From positions 6,801-70,800 of the forward strand of contig LLEV01000010.1 of NCBI GenBank assembly GCA_001567515.1: a stretch of DNA of 64,000 bases, given 5' to 3'. Position numbers and translations under genes: made by a program. The notes below the pieces were generated by a model that was not told the DNA's origin, ran no database searches, and saw only the letters and a list, made by a program, of their open reading frames with translations. Numbering within the stretch: the stretch's first letter is position 1; each line of letters starts with the position of its first letter. Below, one piece after another: positions 63,093 to 64,000 of the stretch. This DNA is from Microgenomates bacterium OLB22 (GTDB lineage: Bacteria; Patescibacteriota; Microgenomatia; UBA1406; HO2-37-13b).

Positions 63093-63431
63093 GTGGAAAC
63101 ACTCGGAACAACGTATACTTTTCACATAGTTGAAGGGAGGTACCACCCGCCTGACGATCGTCATGAGGACGGGCAAGGCCCATTTATTCTTGTTATGGTT
63201 GATGACTTTGATAGTTTTCAGGCTTTTCTGAGGGCAAATCTTCAATCATATGGGATTGTTATAAAGGATAAGGTGCGACAATTTATGATCAACGGTGTCC
63301 CAGGTGCTCATATCATGCCTGATGGCTCCATAAATCACTTTGTTGTGGTAGGAGGCCGAAGAGCACATTGTTGGTACCTCGTCGATGAGCAGACGCTTAT
63401 CTGGACGGATTACAAGCCTGCTATCACCTAA
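63093..63431 (+). CDS. hypothetical protein
   Basis: GTG after AAAGGAGG. 112 aa with no motif. Confidence 0.5.
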   Translation: METLGTTYTFHIVEGRYHPPDDRHEDGQGPFILVMVDDFDSFQAFLRANLQSYGIVIKDKVRQFMINGVPGAHIMPDGSINHFVVVGGRRAHCWYLVDEQTLIWTDYKPAIT

Positions 63432-63432
63432 C

Positions 63433-63461
63433 CCAGTCCTTCTTGAAGGGCTGGTTTTTTT
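63433..63461 (+). terminator. rho-independent terminator (same module as 49474)
   Basis: Stem cccagtcc/gggctgg followed by T7. Confidence 0.8.
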
Positions 63462-63576
63462 GTGACCTCATTATGTATCAATGTATTCTTACGTGTATTT
63501 GCCAAGTCAATGCTGGTAGCCTGATTTGCTATAATAGCATTAGCACTTTTCAATAGTGTACGAAGGGGGAAACGCT

Positions 63577-63936
63577 ATGAACGAGATCACGCATCTGGTA
63601 CGTCTTTTTCGGCTTCCCAATGGGATGGCAATTGCATGTTATCCCTACCAAGGCTCCTATGATGCCTTCAGTTTCGGGAAAAGAGCCTGCCTTACACTAA
63701 AGGCTAACAGAGACCGAGCTGAGATCATCATAGATACCTGCCCTATCCCGATTGAAGATGCTATGAACTTTGCTCAACAATTTATGCATCTTGGTAAGGT
63801 ACAGATCATTCCAGGATGTGATGAGGAGATGCAGGTGCATGTTGTTTTGCACCATACCCTGCGCCATCTGGTAGATGAGAAGATCCATTTTGCACTTCCA
63901 GAGGGAGGAGATCATGTATTTTGTCAAAGTAAATGA
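63577..63936 (+). CDS. hypothetical protein
   Basis: ATG after GAAGGGGGA (MNEITHLVRLFRL...). Confidence 0.5.
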   Translation: MNEITHLVRLFRLPNGMAIACYPYQGSYDAFSFGKRACLTLKANRDRAEIIIDTCPIPIEDAMNFAQQFMHLGKVQIIPGCDEEMQVHVVLHHTLRHLVDEKIHFALPEGGDHVFCQSK

Positions 63937-64000
63937 CGTAAGTTGCCTTGAGAAATTCCGCAGGAGCAATTCTGACCATCAAATATCGGTTAAGCATACA

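Overview
This 64-kb chromosomal segment looks like a reduced-genome, CPR/Patescibacteria-like bacterium. That assignment is an inference from an unlinked, intron-containing 23S rRNA, short housekeeping genes and many lineage-specific small membrane proteins. The recognisable core is DNA repair and recombination (ruvA, ruvB, ruvC, uvrA, uvrB, uvrC, topA, holA), translation and GTPase functions (rplS, obg, rsmI, secG), lower glycolysis (eno, gpmI, a PEP-synthase-like gene, a PfkB kinase), one 23S rRNA and 11 canonical tRNAs plus one aberrant tRNA-like gene. The most interesting locus is a translationally coupled four-gene cassette at 60.05-62.80 kb: an E2-like protein, a JAB/MPN+ peptidase, a ThiF/E1-like enzyme and an 89-aa protein ending in Gly. 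This is a ubiquitin-like conjugation system, and it sits directly after a tandem array of five paralogous bitopic membrane proteins. Other notable observations: (1) a 319-nt ORF-less group I-type intron in 23S at the E. coli U2500/C2501 site, with a recognisable internal guide sequence; (2) a 23S H45 expansion carrying a copy of a dispersed AT-rich repeat; (3) 22-nt direct repeats containing the tRNA-His 5' end that flank a GIY-YIG gene, and a similar tRNA-Leu 5' duplication; (4) a GrpB gene with an in-frame TGA at a conserved Gly inside an AT-rich islet next to tRNA-Leu; (5) a promoter-to-terminator defined ~187-nt candidate sRNA; (6) two dispersed repeat families. About 15 reading-frame breaks occur, most of them at homopolymer runs and several in essential genes (rplS, topA, eno, uvrB). 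These are most simply assembly indels, so every pseudogene call here is provisional. No homology searches were run; all family calls rest on motifs read by eye.
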